Source of the DNA: Muribaculaceae bacterium
GTDB lineage: Bacteria > Bacteroidota > Bacteroidia > Bacteroidales > Muribaculaceae
Length of the DNA: 64,000 bases
Assembly (NCBI GenBank): GCA_017621225.1
Contig: JAGATN010000008.1
Coordinates: forward strand, 62,952-126,951
Direction: 5' to 3'
This document shows, piece after piece, positions 28,833 to 38,668 of the stretch. The notes below the pieces were generated by a model, which made no database searches, was not told the DNA's origin, and saw only the letters and a list, made by a program, of their open reading frames with translations. A program made the position numbers and the translations under genes. How positions within the stretch are numbered: position 1 is the stretch's first letter; each line of letters begins with the position of its first letter.

Positions 28833-28922
28833 ATGCCAAGCGGAAAGAAAAGAAAAGGCCATAAAATGGCAACTCACAAGCGCAAAAAACGTCTTAGAAA
28901 GAATCGTCACAAGAAGAAATAA
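28833..28922 (+). CDS. 29-aa basic protein, bS22 / AURKAIP1-COX24-like 30S ribosomal protein (not in ORF track)
   Basis: MPSGKKRKGHKMATHKRKKRLRKNRHKKK*, closely resembling Bacteroidetes bS22; sits between HU and RNase E/G. Confidence 0.85.
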   Translation: MPSGKKRKGHKMATHKRKKRLRKNRHKKK

Positions 28923-29037
28923 AAAGTGATCCCTTTCTAAAATCACCAAACGCTATACGGAGAACAAACCTGATGCGGCATCAATGATTTGCCCCCCATT
29001 AGAGTTTGTTCTTTGTATATATGAAACTATCTAATAA

Positions 29038-30660
29038 ATGCAAAGCGAACTAATTGTAGATGTCCAGAAAAACGAGGTGTCAATAGCCTTGCTTGAGGAC
29101 TCGCGCCTCGTTTCACTCCAGAAAGAAGCGCGAAACATTGCCTATGCCGTAGGCGACATATATCTCGCTAAAGTCAAGAAGCTTATGCCGGGATTGAATG
29201 CCGCCTTTGTCAATGTGGGCTATGAAAAGGACGCTTTTCTCCATTATTTAGATCTTGGCTCCCAATTCTCAACCTTCTCAACTTTTATTAAAGACGCTTT
29301 AGCCGACAAGCGACACGCTCTCTCGATATCGAAATTAGACCTGAAGCCCGACATCGACAAACACGGAACGGTAACCGACGTGCTCACGCCGGGACAAGAG
29401 CTGATGGTACAGATAGTCAAAGAGCCCATATCGTCGAAAGGGCCTCGTTTGACCACCGAAATAACTTTGACCGGACGATACATGGTTTTGATTCCGTTTG
29501 GCGACAAAGTATCAATTTCGCAAAAGATAAAGACCACCGAAGAAAAAATGCGCCTCCGACAGCTCATCGAAAGCATAAGGCCCAAAAATTTCGGTGTGAT
29601 AATTCGCACTTCAGCCGAAGGCAAGAGAGTGGCCGAACTGAATCACGAGCTAAAAACGCTCGTGGCTTGCTGGGAAGACACCGTAGCTAAAGCGCAGAAG
29701 GCCACAGCGCCCGCGCTCATCTTTGAAGAAGAAAGCCGCATCGTTGGAATGTTGCGCGACATTTTCAGCCCGACATTCGAATCAATTTACGTAAATGATG
29801 CCGACATATATGGTCAGATCAAGAAATACGTCAACCTGATTGCCCCCGAACGCGAGGACATCGTAAAGCTTTACGACAAGGAAGAACCGATCTTCGACCA
29901 TTTCAACATAACGAAGCAAATCAAATCTTCGTTCGGAAAAACAGTTTCGTTCAAAAGCGGAGCTTACATCATAATCGAGCACACCGAAGCTCTACACGTA
30001 ATAGACGTAAACAGCGGCAACCGCTCGAAAGCCGCTAACGATCAGGAAAGCAACGCGCTCGAAGTGAATCTGCGCGCCGCCGACGAGATAGCCCGACAGC
30101 TTCGTCTGCGCGACATGGGCGGCATCATAGTGATCGACTTCATCGACATGGCCAAAGCCGAACACCGACAAAAGCTGTTCGAGCACATGAAAGAGGTGAT
30201 GGCAAACGATCGTGCACGTCACAACATATTGCCATTGAGCAAATTCGGCCTCATGCAAATAACCCGACAAAGGGTAAGGCCGGCGCTCGACATAGTGACA
30301 ACCGAAGCTTGTCCGACTTGCTATGGCAAAGGCGTGGTTCAGCCATCGCTGCTGTTCACCGACACTCTGAGAGAAAAAATAGATTATCTGGTCAATAATC
30401 TAAACGTATCCAATTTCGTAATGTACGTACATCCATACGTCGATGCCTACCTGAAAAAAGGTCTGTTGTCGCAATATCGTCGTTGGAAAATGGACTTTGG
30501 ATGCAAATTCCGAATACTTCCCGATCAATCACTCGCATACCTGCAATATAAGGTATTCGACAAACAAAAGAACGAAATTGACCTAAAGGAAGAAAAAGAC
30601 ATTGACTCGTCTGCAACAAAAAACAAAACAAAAGCCAAGAATCGCAATAAGGAGGAATGA
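29038..30660 (+). CDS. rng: Rne/Rng-family ribonuclease
   Basis: S1 domain GDIYLAKV..GLNAAFV; KGPRLT; IDVNSG, RLRDMGGIIVIDFIDM and TRQR motifs. Confidence 0.93.
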   Translation: MQSELIVDVQKNEVSIALLEDSRLVSLQKEARNIAYAVGDIYLAKVKKLMPGLNAAFVNVGYEKDAFLHYLDLGSQFSTFSTFIKDALADKRHALSISKLDLKPDIDKHGTVTDVLTPGQELMVQIVKEPISSKGPRLTTEITLTGRYMVLIPFGDKVSISQKIKTTEEKMRLRQLIESIRPKNFGVIIRTSAEGKRVAELNHELKTLVACWEDTVAKAQKATAPALIFEEESRIVGMLRDIFSPTFESIYVNDADIYGQIKKYVNLIAPEREDIVKLYDKEEPIFDHFNITKQIKSSFGKTVSFKSGAYIIIEHTEALHVIDVNSGNRSKAANDQESNALEVNLRAADEIARQLRLRDMGGIIVIDFIDMAKAEHRQKLFEHMKEVMANDRARHNILPLSKFGLMQITRQRVRPALDIVTTEACPTCYGKGVVQPSLLFTDTLREKIDYLVNNLNVSNFVMYVHPYVDAYLKKGLLSQYRRWKMDFGCKFRILPDQSLAYLQYKVFDKQKNEIDLKEEKDIDSSATKNKTKAKNRNKEE

Positions 30661-30690
30661 CATCCCCTAATAGCTTGATAAGAATGAAAG

Positions 30691-30728
30691 TCTCCCGCAC
30701 CTACAACCGTACGTGCGGGAGATTTTTT
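30691..30728 (+). terminator. Intrinsic terminator after rng
   Basis: Stem TCTCCCGCAC / GTGCGGGAGA followed by T6. Confidence 0.85.
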
Positions 30729-30849
30729 GTTTCCGATAACGAATCCTACCATTTTACATTTTTAAACAATCAAACTCACACCGATACGATTTATTTATTT
30801 TATATTTGCAATAATATACACCTAATTAATATCTAAAAAATCCTTTGCA

Positions 30850-31815
30850 ATGGGACATAATAACGAGAGTCGACGAAGCTTTTTGAAAAAAAGCATAATT
30901 GGTGCATCATTGGCCTTAGGAGCCGCCATAATGCCTAACGGCGTAATGGCCGCGCCGGCAAGCAAAAAGCACAAAAAGGCAAAGACGAAGCGAGTGCTGA
31001 TGATAGCGCTCGACGGCATTTGCGTGGAAGGCTTTGAAAAAGCATCGACGCCAAACCTCGACGCACTTCTGTCCAAAGGAGCATTATCGAAAACCACTCG
31101 CGTGGTAATGCCGTCGGTTACACAGCCTAACTGGATGAGCCATCTTAGCGGAAGCGGACCCGAGCAACATGGTGTGGATGCGAACGGATGGACGCTGACC
31201 AACCACAAACTCGACCCCGTGGATGCCGACCCCGACGGATATTATCCTACCATATTCAAAGTCCTCAAGGATGGCGTACCAAATATGAAAACCGCCTTCT
31301 ATTACAACTGGGGACCGCTGATCAATCCGTACAACCAACGATACATCGACGAAGTAAGCTTCGAGGACGATGACAAATATCTCGGCAACTATGCCAAAGC
31401 CATTGAATTCATGAAGCGAAACGTCAACGACCCCACGGCCATATTTCTGTACTCCGTGCACACCGACCACGCCGGGCACGAGCATGCGTGGATGTCGCCC
31501 GAATACATCGCATCGATCGAAGAAGCCGACAAAAACATAGGCGACCTGCTCGAAAAGATGGAATCGGAAGGCTTGACCGACGGCGCTCACATAATGTTCA
31601 TATCCGACCACGGTGGCATAAATCACGGACATGGAGGCATGTCGCCGCAAGAAATGATAGTGCCTTGGGGCATAACGGGCCCCGGCATCAAAAAAGGATT
31701 CACCATCGAAGAACCCAACAACACCGTAAACACTGCCGCCGTCGTGGCCGCGCTTTTCGGAGTGGAAAAGCCCCTGTGCTGGACCGGCGAAATACCGGAA
31801 TCGATATTCAAATAA
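30850..31815 (+). CDS. Tat-exported alkaline phosphatase-superfamily (NPP/phosphodiesterase) protein
   Basis: SRRSFLKK twin-arginine signal; IALDG, PSVTQPNW, DHAGH and SDHGG metal/nucleophile motifs. Confidence 0.85.
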   Translation: MGHNNESRRSFLKKSIIGASLALGAAIMPNGVMAAPASKKHKKAKTKRVLMIALDGICVEGFEKASTPNLDALLSKGALSKTTRVVMPSVTQPNWMSHLSGSGPEQHGVDANGWTLTNHKLDPVDADPDGYYPTIFKVLKDGVPNMKTAFYYNWGPLINPYNQRYIDEVSFEDDDKYLGNYAKAIEFMKRNVNDPTAIFLYSVHTDHAGHEHAWMSPEYIASIEEADKNIGDLLEKMESEGLTDGAHIMFISDHGGINHGHGGMSPQEMIVPWGITGPGIKKGFTIEEPNNTVNTAAVVAALFGVEKPLCWTGEIPESIFK

Positions 31816-31856
31816 TGCATCATTACATTCATCAATAAACCAAAAGCATCATTCAC

Positions 31857-33461
31857 ATGAACATAAAAAGCATATTTTTAGTAGCATTATCGCTATGCAC
31901 CACAACGCTCAACGCCCAACGCGTCGACCCCGACTCCATACCACCCGAACGATTGAGCTGCACAAGCATAATGGTGGGCAAAAAAGCATCGGCCGACGGT
32001 TCGGTAATGACGAGCCACACCTGCGACGGAAACTACCGCGCTTGGATGGACATAGTGCCCGGCACAAAATATGAGCGTGACACCACCGCAACGGTATACA
32101 CCGGACGCATGCATACCGACCACTCAACCGGCGCGCGCGGCATGAAACAGGCCGGCATCGTACCCGTCAAAGGCACTACCTACAACTTCCTTAACACCGC
32201 ATATCCCTGCCTTAACGAAAAGCAGCTTGGCATAGGCGAAACCACCATTGGCGGACGCAAGGAGCTTGAAAATCCCAAAGGCATGTTCATGATCGAGGAA
32301 CTCGAAAGGCTTGCATTGCAGCAGTGCACCACGGCGCGCGAAGCCATCCGACTCATGGGCGACCTCGTAAAGGAATACGGCTACGGCGACAGCGGCGAAT
32401 GCCTCACCATAGCCGACCCCGACGAAGTGTGGATGTTTGAGATATTCGGCGAAGGCCCCGACGCGATAGGCGGAGTATGGGCGGCTGTGCGCATCCCCGA
32501 CGACCACGTGGGCATATCGGCCAACATATCGCGCATATCAAAAATCGACCTCAACGACCCCGACAATTACATGGCGTCCGACAACGTGACCGAAGTAGCC
32601 AAAAAGATGGGATTCTGGGATGGAAAAGAGCCGTTCCGATTCTGGAAAGCTTACTCCGGCACCAACTACTTCAACGAGCCGAAAAACTTCAGCATACGCG
32701 AATATTACCTTATGAAGAAGCTCAACTCGTCGTTAAAAGCCGATTTCGACGACGAAGAACTCCCCTTCAGCATTAAGCCCGACAACAAGCTTTCGGTAGC
32801 CGACGTAATGGAACTGCTCACCGAAACATACGAAGGCTCGGAGTACGATATGACGAAAAATCTGAAAGTGGCCCGCAGAAACAACGAAAAGGTCGATTCG
32901 GTGACAAGCCCCATGGCCAACCCTTGGATGACATCGGAAATGATGAAAATGCTTAACGGCATCAAGGAAGGCACGGTGAAAAACTGGCGCACCGTATCAG
33001 TGCCTCAATGCGCATACTCCACCGTGATACAGCTTCGCGACTGGCTCCCCGACGACGTGGGCGGTGTGGCCTGGGTGGCATTCGACAACCCCGGACAAAG
33101 CCCGAGAATACCGATATTTTCCGGCACACTCGACCTCCCCGACTGCTTCAAAGTCGACGGACAGCTTCGCCACGACGAAAACGCTGCCTTGTGGGCGTTC
33201 CGACGTGCCAACAAGCTCTCTACGCTGAAATGGGGCGTGACGCGCGACAAAATGACCAAAGCTCGCCGCCACTTCATCAAAAAGGGCGTCAGCGAGATGC
33301 CGTTCGTAGAATCGCAGTATGACGAAATAATGAAAAACGAAGGTAGCGATGCCGCTCGTGAATTCCTGACCGACTATACCGCCGACTTTGCCGGCGCCGC
33401 CATACTGAAATGGAACGAACTGGGCAAACAGTTCTGGAGCATGTTCGGACGCGCCTTCTGA
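31857..33461 (+). CDS. C69-family dipeptidase
   Basis: CTSIMVGKKASADGSVMTSHTCD Ntn-hydrolase start; NEKQLGIGETT; IADPDEVW. Confidence 0.88.
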   Translation: MNIKSIFLVALSLCTTTLNAQRVDPDSIPPERLSCTSIMVGKKASADGSVMTSHTCDGNYRAWMDIVPGTKYERDTTATVYTGRMHTDHSTGARGMKQAGIVPVKGTTYNFLNTAYPCLNEKQLGIGETTIGGRKELENPKGMFMIEELERLALQQCTTAREAIRLMGDLVKEYGYGDSGECLTIADPDEVWMFEIFGEGPDAIGGVWAAVRIPDDHVGISANISRISKIDLNDPDNYMASDNVTEVAKKMGFWDGKEPFRFWKAYSGTNYFNEPKNFSIREYYLMKKLNSSLKADFDDEELPFSIKPDNKLSVADVMELLTETYEGSEYDMTKNLKVARRNNEKVDSVTSPMANPWMTSEMMKMLNGIKEGTVKNWRTVSVPQCAYSTVIQLRDWLPDDVGGVAWVAFDNPGQSPRIPIFSGTLDLPDCFKVDGQLRHDENAALWAFRRANKLSTLKWGVTRDKMTKARRHFIKKGVSEMPFVESQYDEIMKNEGSDAAREFLTDYTADFAGAAILKWNELGKQFWSMFGRAF

Positions 33462-33479
33462 CACCGATCCCGACTCTAA

Positions 33480-33641
33480 GAAACTGTTTAAATTTATTTG
33501 TCGAAGGAATTGAGAGGATTTGTCAAGTAGATTTTTGATATTTATGAAGGAGCTATGGGGTGCCATAATGACTGAATAAATATCAACAAGATGCTGACAA
33601 AGACCTCAATGACAAGACAAAATAAATTTTTAAACAGTTTC
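33480..33641. repeat. 162-bp palindromic MITE-like element, copy 2
   Basis: Perfect 13-bp terminal inverted repeat GAAACTGTTTAAA, TAA on both flanks, complementary internal arms, apex motif shared with copy 1. Confidence 0.85.
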
Positions 33642-33678
33642 TAACCGCCAATTAATAACTTAAATGCCTTAACATCAA

Positions 33679-35883
33679 ATGAGACGTAAATCATTTCTGC
33701 TACCGCTTTTTTGTAGTGCCGCTGCCATAGCAACGGCCGTGACACCCGATTCAAACACCGTAAAGATACTCCCGGGCGACAGCGCCGACGACATAATAGT
33801 CAAGGCGGCAAACGTGCGCCCGTCGGCCAACCAGCTTGCCGCACTCGAAAACGAATTCATAGCGTTCATCCACTTCGGGCCAAACACCTTCACGCGCAAG
33901 GAATGGGGCAACGGCATGGAGGATCCTCGAATATTCGACCTGAAGACCCTCGACACCGACCAATGGTGCAAAGCAATGAAAGATGCCGGCATGACGATGG
34001 TGCTGTTCACCGCAAAGCATCATGACGGATTCGTGCTCTGGCAAAGCCGATACACCGATCACGGCATAATGTCGACCGGATTCCGCGACGGCAAGGGCGA
34101 CATCCTCCGCGACCTGTCAGAGTCATGCAAAAAATACGGCCTGAAGCTCGGCATATACCTGTCGCCCGCCGACCTGTACCAGATTGAAAATCCCGCCGGA
34201 CTTTACGGAAACCTGAGCAAAAAAACCAAGCGTACAATTCCGCGCGAAGTACCCGGACGGCCGTTTGCCAACGACACCAAATTCACGTTTGAAGTCGACG
34301 ACTACAACGAATACTTCCTCAATCAGCTGTTTGAGCTGCTTACCGAATACGGCCCGATATACGAAGTGTGGTTCGACGGCGCACACCCCAAGCGCAAAGG
34401 TGGCCAGACATACAACTATGCCGCGTGGAAAGAGCTGATACACACTCTCGCTCCCAACGCCACGATATTCGGGCGCGAGGACATTCGCTGGTGCGGAAAC
34501 GAAGCCGGCAACACGCGCGACACCGAGTGGAACGTAGTGACCTATGACGTCGACCCCGACACAGCATCGCAGTTCCACGACATGACCGACATTGACCTCG
34601 GCAGCCGCGACCGACTGCTAAAAGGCAAATACCTCCATTACCAACCGGCCGAAACCAACACGTCGATACGCGCCGGATGGTTTTACCGCGACGACGACAC
34701 GCAGCAAGTGCGCAGCGCCGACGACGTGTTCGACATCTACGAGCGCTCCGTTGGCGGCAACTCCATATTCCTGCTCAACATACCGCCAAACCGCGAAGGA
34801 CGCTTTTCGGCCACCGACGTCGACGTGTTGCGCGAAGTGGGGCAACGCATATCCGACACCTACGGCGCCGACCTGCTTGCCGACGCCAAGGCAGCTTCGC
34901 AGCTGCTCGACGACGACCTATCGACTTACGTCGACTACACCGAGCCGATTGAAATAAAGCTGCCGTCACCGAAATGCATGAACCGCATAGTGATACAGGA
35001 AGCCATAGGCAGCAAGGGCGAGCGCGTGGAGAGTCACTTCGTCGATGCATGGATCGACGGTCAGTGGCGCGAGATAGCCGGAGCCACAAACATCGGATAC
35101 AAGCGCATACTCCGTTTCCCCGACGTAACCACCGACCGCATAAGGCTCCGCGTCGAAAAGTCGCGCCTCACACCAGCAATAGGCAAAATCTCGGCACACC
35201 ACTACAAGTCGCGCCCGCCGCAGCTCGTAGCGTCGCGTTCGCTCGACGGCATGGTGACCATACAGCCCAAGCCGCAAGGATTCGGATGGAAAGATCACGG
35301 ACAGGACATAACCGCCAATCTGAGCGCCGGATACCGCATACACTACACCACCGACGGCTCGGAGCCAACCGACAAGTCGCCCGTCTACACCACTCCGTTT
35401 GCCATGGGTGCCGGAACGCTCAAAGCCCTTTCGGTGCTGAACGGCAGCAACGGCCCCGTACTTAACGAGACGATGGGGTTGATAAAGGCCGATTGGAAGT
35501 CAGTCGACACCGATGGAGCCGACAAGCACTCCCCCGCCATGGCATTCGACGAAAATGCCGGCACCTATTGGCAGTCGGCCGGCGATAAGCCGACGTTTAC
35601 CGTCGATCTCGGCAAAAAGAGCAGCATAAACGGCATGGCCTACACTCCCCCGACAAGCTCATCGGCAGGCGCAATGATGACCAAAGGCACACTGCTGGTA
35701 AGCAACGACGGCAAAAACTTCAAAAAGGCAGGCTCATTCGAATTCGGCAACATGGTCAACGACCCGTCAAAAAGGCATTTTTACCTTAAGAAGCCCGTAT
35801 CGGCACGATTCGTACGCATCGAAATAGCCGAAACCACCGACGCGTCAAAACCGGTGGCCATTTCCGAAATAGACATATTTTAA
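33679..35883 (+). CDS. GH29 alpha-L-fucosidase with accessory F5/8-type-C and Fn3-like domains
   Basis: AFIHFGPNTF..EWG, TAKHHDGF, VWFDGA, SIRAGWFY and LLNIPPN motifs; YTTDGSEPT. Confidence 0.92.
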   Translation: MRRKSFLLPLFCSAAAIATAVTPDSNTVKILPGDSADDIIVKAANVRPSANQLAALENEFIAFIHFGPNTFTRKEWGNGMEDPRIFDLKTLDTDQWCKAMKDAGMTMVLFTAKHHDGFVLWQSRYTDHGIMSTGFRDGKGDILRDLSESCKKYGLKLGIYLSPADLYQIENPAGLYGNLSKKTKRTIPREVPGRPFANDTKFTFEVDDYNEYFLNQLFELLTEYGPIYEVWFDGAHPKRKGGQTYNYAAWKELIHTLAPNATIFGREDIRWCGNEAGNTRDTEWNVVTYDVDPDTASQFHDMTDIDLGSRDRLLKGKYLHYQPAETNTSIRAGWFYRDDDTQQVRSADDVFDIYERSVGGNSIFLLNIPPNREGRFSATDVDVLREVGQRISDTYGADLLADAKAASQLLDDDLSTYVDYTEPIEIKLPSPKCMNRIVIQEAIGSKGERVESHFVDAWIDGQWREIAGATNIGYKRILRFPDVTTDRIRLRVEKSRLTPAIGKISAHHYKSRPPQLVASRSLDGMVTIQPKPQGFGWKDHGQDITANLSAGYRIHYTTDGSEPTDKSPVYTTPFAMGAGTLKALSVLNGSNGPVLNETMGLIKADWKSVDTDGADKHSPAMAFDENAGTYWQSAGDKPTFTVDLGKKSSINGMAYTPPTSSSAGAMMTKGTLLVSNDGKNFKKAGSFEFGNMVNDPSKRHFYLKKPVSARFVRIEIAETTDASKPVAISEIDIF

Positions 35884-36049
35884 CCACCCGTACATAACTT
35901 TTAAGAGGTCAAATATGTTATAACATCATATGGGAGAGGAAATTTGCGCACTTTTAATATTTTTTCAATAAAATATTAACTTTTACCGCAATATTTCACC
36001 TACCTTTGTGACCAATTAGTTCGTGTATGAACTTAATGCATTAAATATA

Positions 36050-36676
36050 ATGAGCAATAAAGAATTAGATCGCATCAGCTACGCCCTCGGGCTTAGCATG
36101 GGCAACAATTTCCGCAGCAGCGGCATTGAAACGATAGATGTAACAGACTTTGCAGATGGCGTAGCCGCAGTATTTTCAGGCGCCAAGCCACGCATGACTT
36201 ACGACGAAGCCAAAGAAGAAATTCGCAAATACTTCCAGGCTATGGAAGAACGCCAGAAAGCGGCAGCAGCCGAGATGGGCAAGATAAATCGCGAGGCCGG
36301 AACAGCTTTCCTCGCCGAAAACGCCAAACGCCCCGAAGTAAAGACCACACCGTCAGGACTGCAATACGAAGTTATCGAGGAAGGCACAGGCGCGCAGCCC
36401 GCTCCCACCGATCAGGTAATGGTGCACTACACCGGCAAGCTCATCGACGGAACCGTATTCGACAGCTCGGTTGAGCGTGGCGAACCGGCCACCTTCGGCG
36501 TAACGCAAGTGATACCCGGATGGGTCGAAGCTCTCCAAATGATGAAAGCCGGCGCAAAATGGCGTTTGTTCATACCTTCAAACCTCGCTTACGGCCCGAA
36601 CGGTGCCGGAGGCGTCATCGGCCCCGACGCTACGCTGATATTCGACGTAGAGCTGATAAAGGTAATAGGCAAATAA
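36050..36676 (+). CDS. FKBP-type peptidyl-prolyl isomerase (FklB-like)
   Basis: SYALG..SGLQY..VHYTGKLIDGTVFDSS..VIPGW..LAYG..LIFDVEL. Confidence 0.95.
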   Translation: MSNKELDRISYALGLSMGNNFRSSGIETIDVTDFADGVAAVFSGAKPRMTYDEAKEEIRKYFQAMEERQKAAAAEMGKINREAGTAFLAENAKRPEVKTTPSGLQYEVIEEGTGAQPAPTDQVMVHYTGKLIDGTVFDSSVERGEPATFGVTQVIPGWVEALQMMKAGAKWRLFIPSNLAYGPNGAGGVIGPDATLIFDVELIKVIGK

Positions 36677-36723
36677 GCCATTAACCCACGCATATTGAAA
36701 TATAAATATCACATATTTAACTT

Positions 36724-37626
36724 ATGAAGAAAATTTTTTGTTTATGTGGCATAGGAGCATTGATGCTCGGCGCCACAAGCTGTGACTCAGCAAAAAGCGG
36801 AAGCGTCGGAGACACTCTCGGCGACTCCATCTCAGTATTTATGGGTCGTGTGCAAGGCATGCAGTTTGCCGATCGCATCAAGACCATCCCCGAACCCGAA
36901 CAGTCTAACTTCAAAAAAGACTCTTTCATTCGTGGTCTTAAAGAAACGGTTATGGCCGACACTTCCGACGTAGGCTATCTCTACGGTTTGAGCGTAGGTC
37001 TGAGCCTTTCTCAGCAGCTCACCATGCTCGACCGCAGCGGCATCGCCGTTGACCGCGACGAGCTTATCAGCCAGTTCACCGCAGCATTCAACAAGGACTC
37101 TATCGACCAGGTTATGCTTAACACCGACATGGGTACCCTGCAACTGCTCATGAACAAGGCTCAGGACAAGATCAGAGAAAAACAGGAAGCTGACCGTGCT
37201 GCCGCCCAAGCCGAAAAAGAAAAACAGGCTAAGGAAAACACCGAAGCAGGTGCTGCTTACGTTGACGAACAGAAGAAAGCCGACAGCGAAATCAAATCGA
37301 CTGAAAGCGGCCTTTCATACAAAGTCGTAAATCAGGGTACCGGCGCAATGCCTACCGGCGACGACCGCGTTAAGGTTAAATACACCGGCAAGCTCATCGA
37401 CGGAACCGTATTCGATTCATCTGACGAAGCTGTTGAATTTGGTCTCAACGGCGTTATCCCCGGATTTGCCGAAGGTCTTAAGATGATGAACAAGGGTTCG
37501 AAATACATCCTCTACATCCCTGCCGAAATCGGTTACGGTACAAACGGAACCCCCGACGGATCGATACCCCCGGGTGCTACCTTGGTATTCGAAGTGGAAG
37601 TTGAAGATGTTATCCCTGCAAAATAA
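36724..37626 (+). CDS. FKBP-type PPIase lipoprotein (FkpA-like)
   Basis: Lipobox GATSC, helical N-domain, C-terminal FKBP domain. Confidence 0.92.
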   Translation: MKKIFCLCGIGALMLGATSCDSAKSGSVGDTLGDSISVFMGRVQGMQFADRIKTIPEPEQSNFKKDSFIRGLKETVMADTSDVGYLYGLSVGLSLSQQLTMLDRSGIAVDRDELISQFTAAFNKDSIDQVMLNTDMGTLQLLMNKAQDKIREKQEADRAAAQAEKEKQAKENTEAGAAYVDEQKKADSEIKSTESGLSYKVVNQGTGAMPTGDDRVKVKYTGKLIDGTVFDSSDEAVEFGLNGVIPGFAEGLKMMNKGSKYILYIPAEIGYGTNGTPDGSIPPGATLVFEVEVEDVIPAK

Positions 37627-37676
37627 ATCGACAACCCCAAATTCCTATTGACTTAGTATAATAGTTTAATAGTACC

Positions 37677-37720
37677 TTTTCCGCCCGTTTCGCCTTAAAA
37701 ATGGCGGAACGGGCGGAAAA
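37677..37720. other. Strong GC-rich hairpin upstream of cobB
   Basis: TTTTCCGCCCGTTTCGCC / GGCGGAACGGGCGGAAAA, 18-bp stem with one G-U pair. No canonical U-tail, so function is uncertain. Confidence 0.6.
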
Positions 37721-37739
37721 ATTTACAACTCCTCTCAAT

Positions 37740-38444
37740 ATGATCGCAAAAAAGCCTAAACTGGTAATATCCACCGGCGCGGGGATGAGCGCCGAAAGTG
37801 GCATAAGCACATTCCGCGACAGCGGCGGATTGTGGGAAAAATATCCCGTGATGGATGTGGCAAGCGCCGACGGATTCGAGCGCAACCCCGCATTGGTGCA
37901 CCGATTTTACAACGACCGCCGTAAGGATCTCCTCAAGGCGCAGCCAAACGATGGTCATCGCGGACTCGTAGAGCTCGAAAAATGGTTCGACACATACATA
38001 ATAACCCAAAACGTCGACGACCTGCATGAACGCGCCGGAAGCTCCAACACGCTGCATCTGCATGGCGAACTAATGAAGGTACGGTCAATGACGCATCCCG
38101 AGCGCGTGTACACGCTCGACATCGACCACCTCGAAACCTCGCCCGACACGCGCGACGAATATGGCGATCCGGTGCGTCCGCACATAGTATTTTTCCAGGA
38201 GCCCGTGCCCAACATCGAAAAAGCCATCGAGCTCGTGGAGCAAGCCGACATATTCGTGGTGATAGGCACGTCGCTCAACGTGTATCCGGCTGCCGGACTG
38301 CTGCACTACGTGCGCAGAGGAGTGCCGGTCTACTACATTGACCCACACCCTGCTACGGTGCCACAGTCGGTCACGGTGATAAAGGCCGGAGCCTCCGAAG
38401 GCGTAAGGATTCTCACCGAAATGCTGACCAAGGACAGGAAATAA
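37740..38444 (+). CDS. cobB: Sirtuin NAD-dependent deacylase
   Basis: TGAGMSAESGISTFRD, ITQNVDDLHERAG, HLHG, RPHIVFF and GTSLNVYPAAG motifs. Confidence 0.93.
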   Translation: MIAKKPKLVISTGAGMSAESGISTFRDSGGLWEKYPVMDVASADGFERNPALVHRFYNDRRKDLLKAQPNDGHRGLVELEKWFDTYIITQNVDDLHERAGSSNTLHLHGELMKVRSMTHPERVYTLDIDHLETSPDTRDEYGDPVRPHIVFFQEPVPNIEKAIELVEQADIFVVIGTSLNVYPAAGLLHYVRRGVPVYYIDPHPATVPQSVTVIKAGASEGVRILTEMLTKDRK

Positions 38445-38469
38445 AGCACATCGTCGAATTTACAATTGC

Positions 38470-38500
38470 AAACGCTACGGAGGGTTACTTCGTAGCGTTT
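38470..38500 (+). terminator. Probable terminator hairpin after cobB
   Basis: Stem AAACGCTACGGAG / CTTCGTAGCGTTT. Confidence 0.6.
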
Positions 38501-38668
38501 AACATTCACGCATACTCCTAATACACAATTGCTTGCCTCTACGTAGATAACTTATTCGGAAAAAGCAGATTTTTTTCATTGTTTAAATATGTAAATTTCG
38601 GATGAAAATTACTAACTTTACTGCATAATTAAATCCGCACTACATCACATCATATCAGTTGTCGCACG

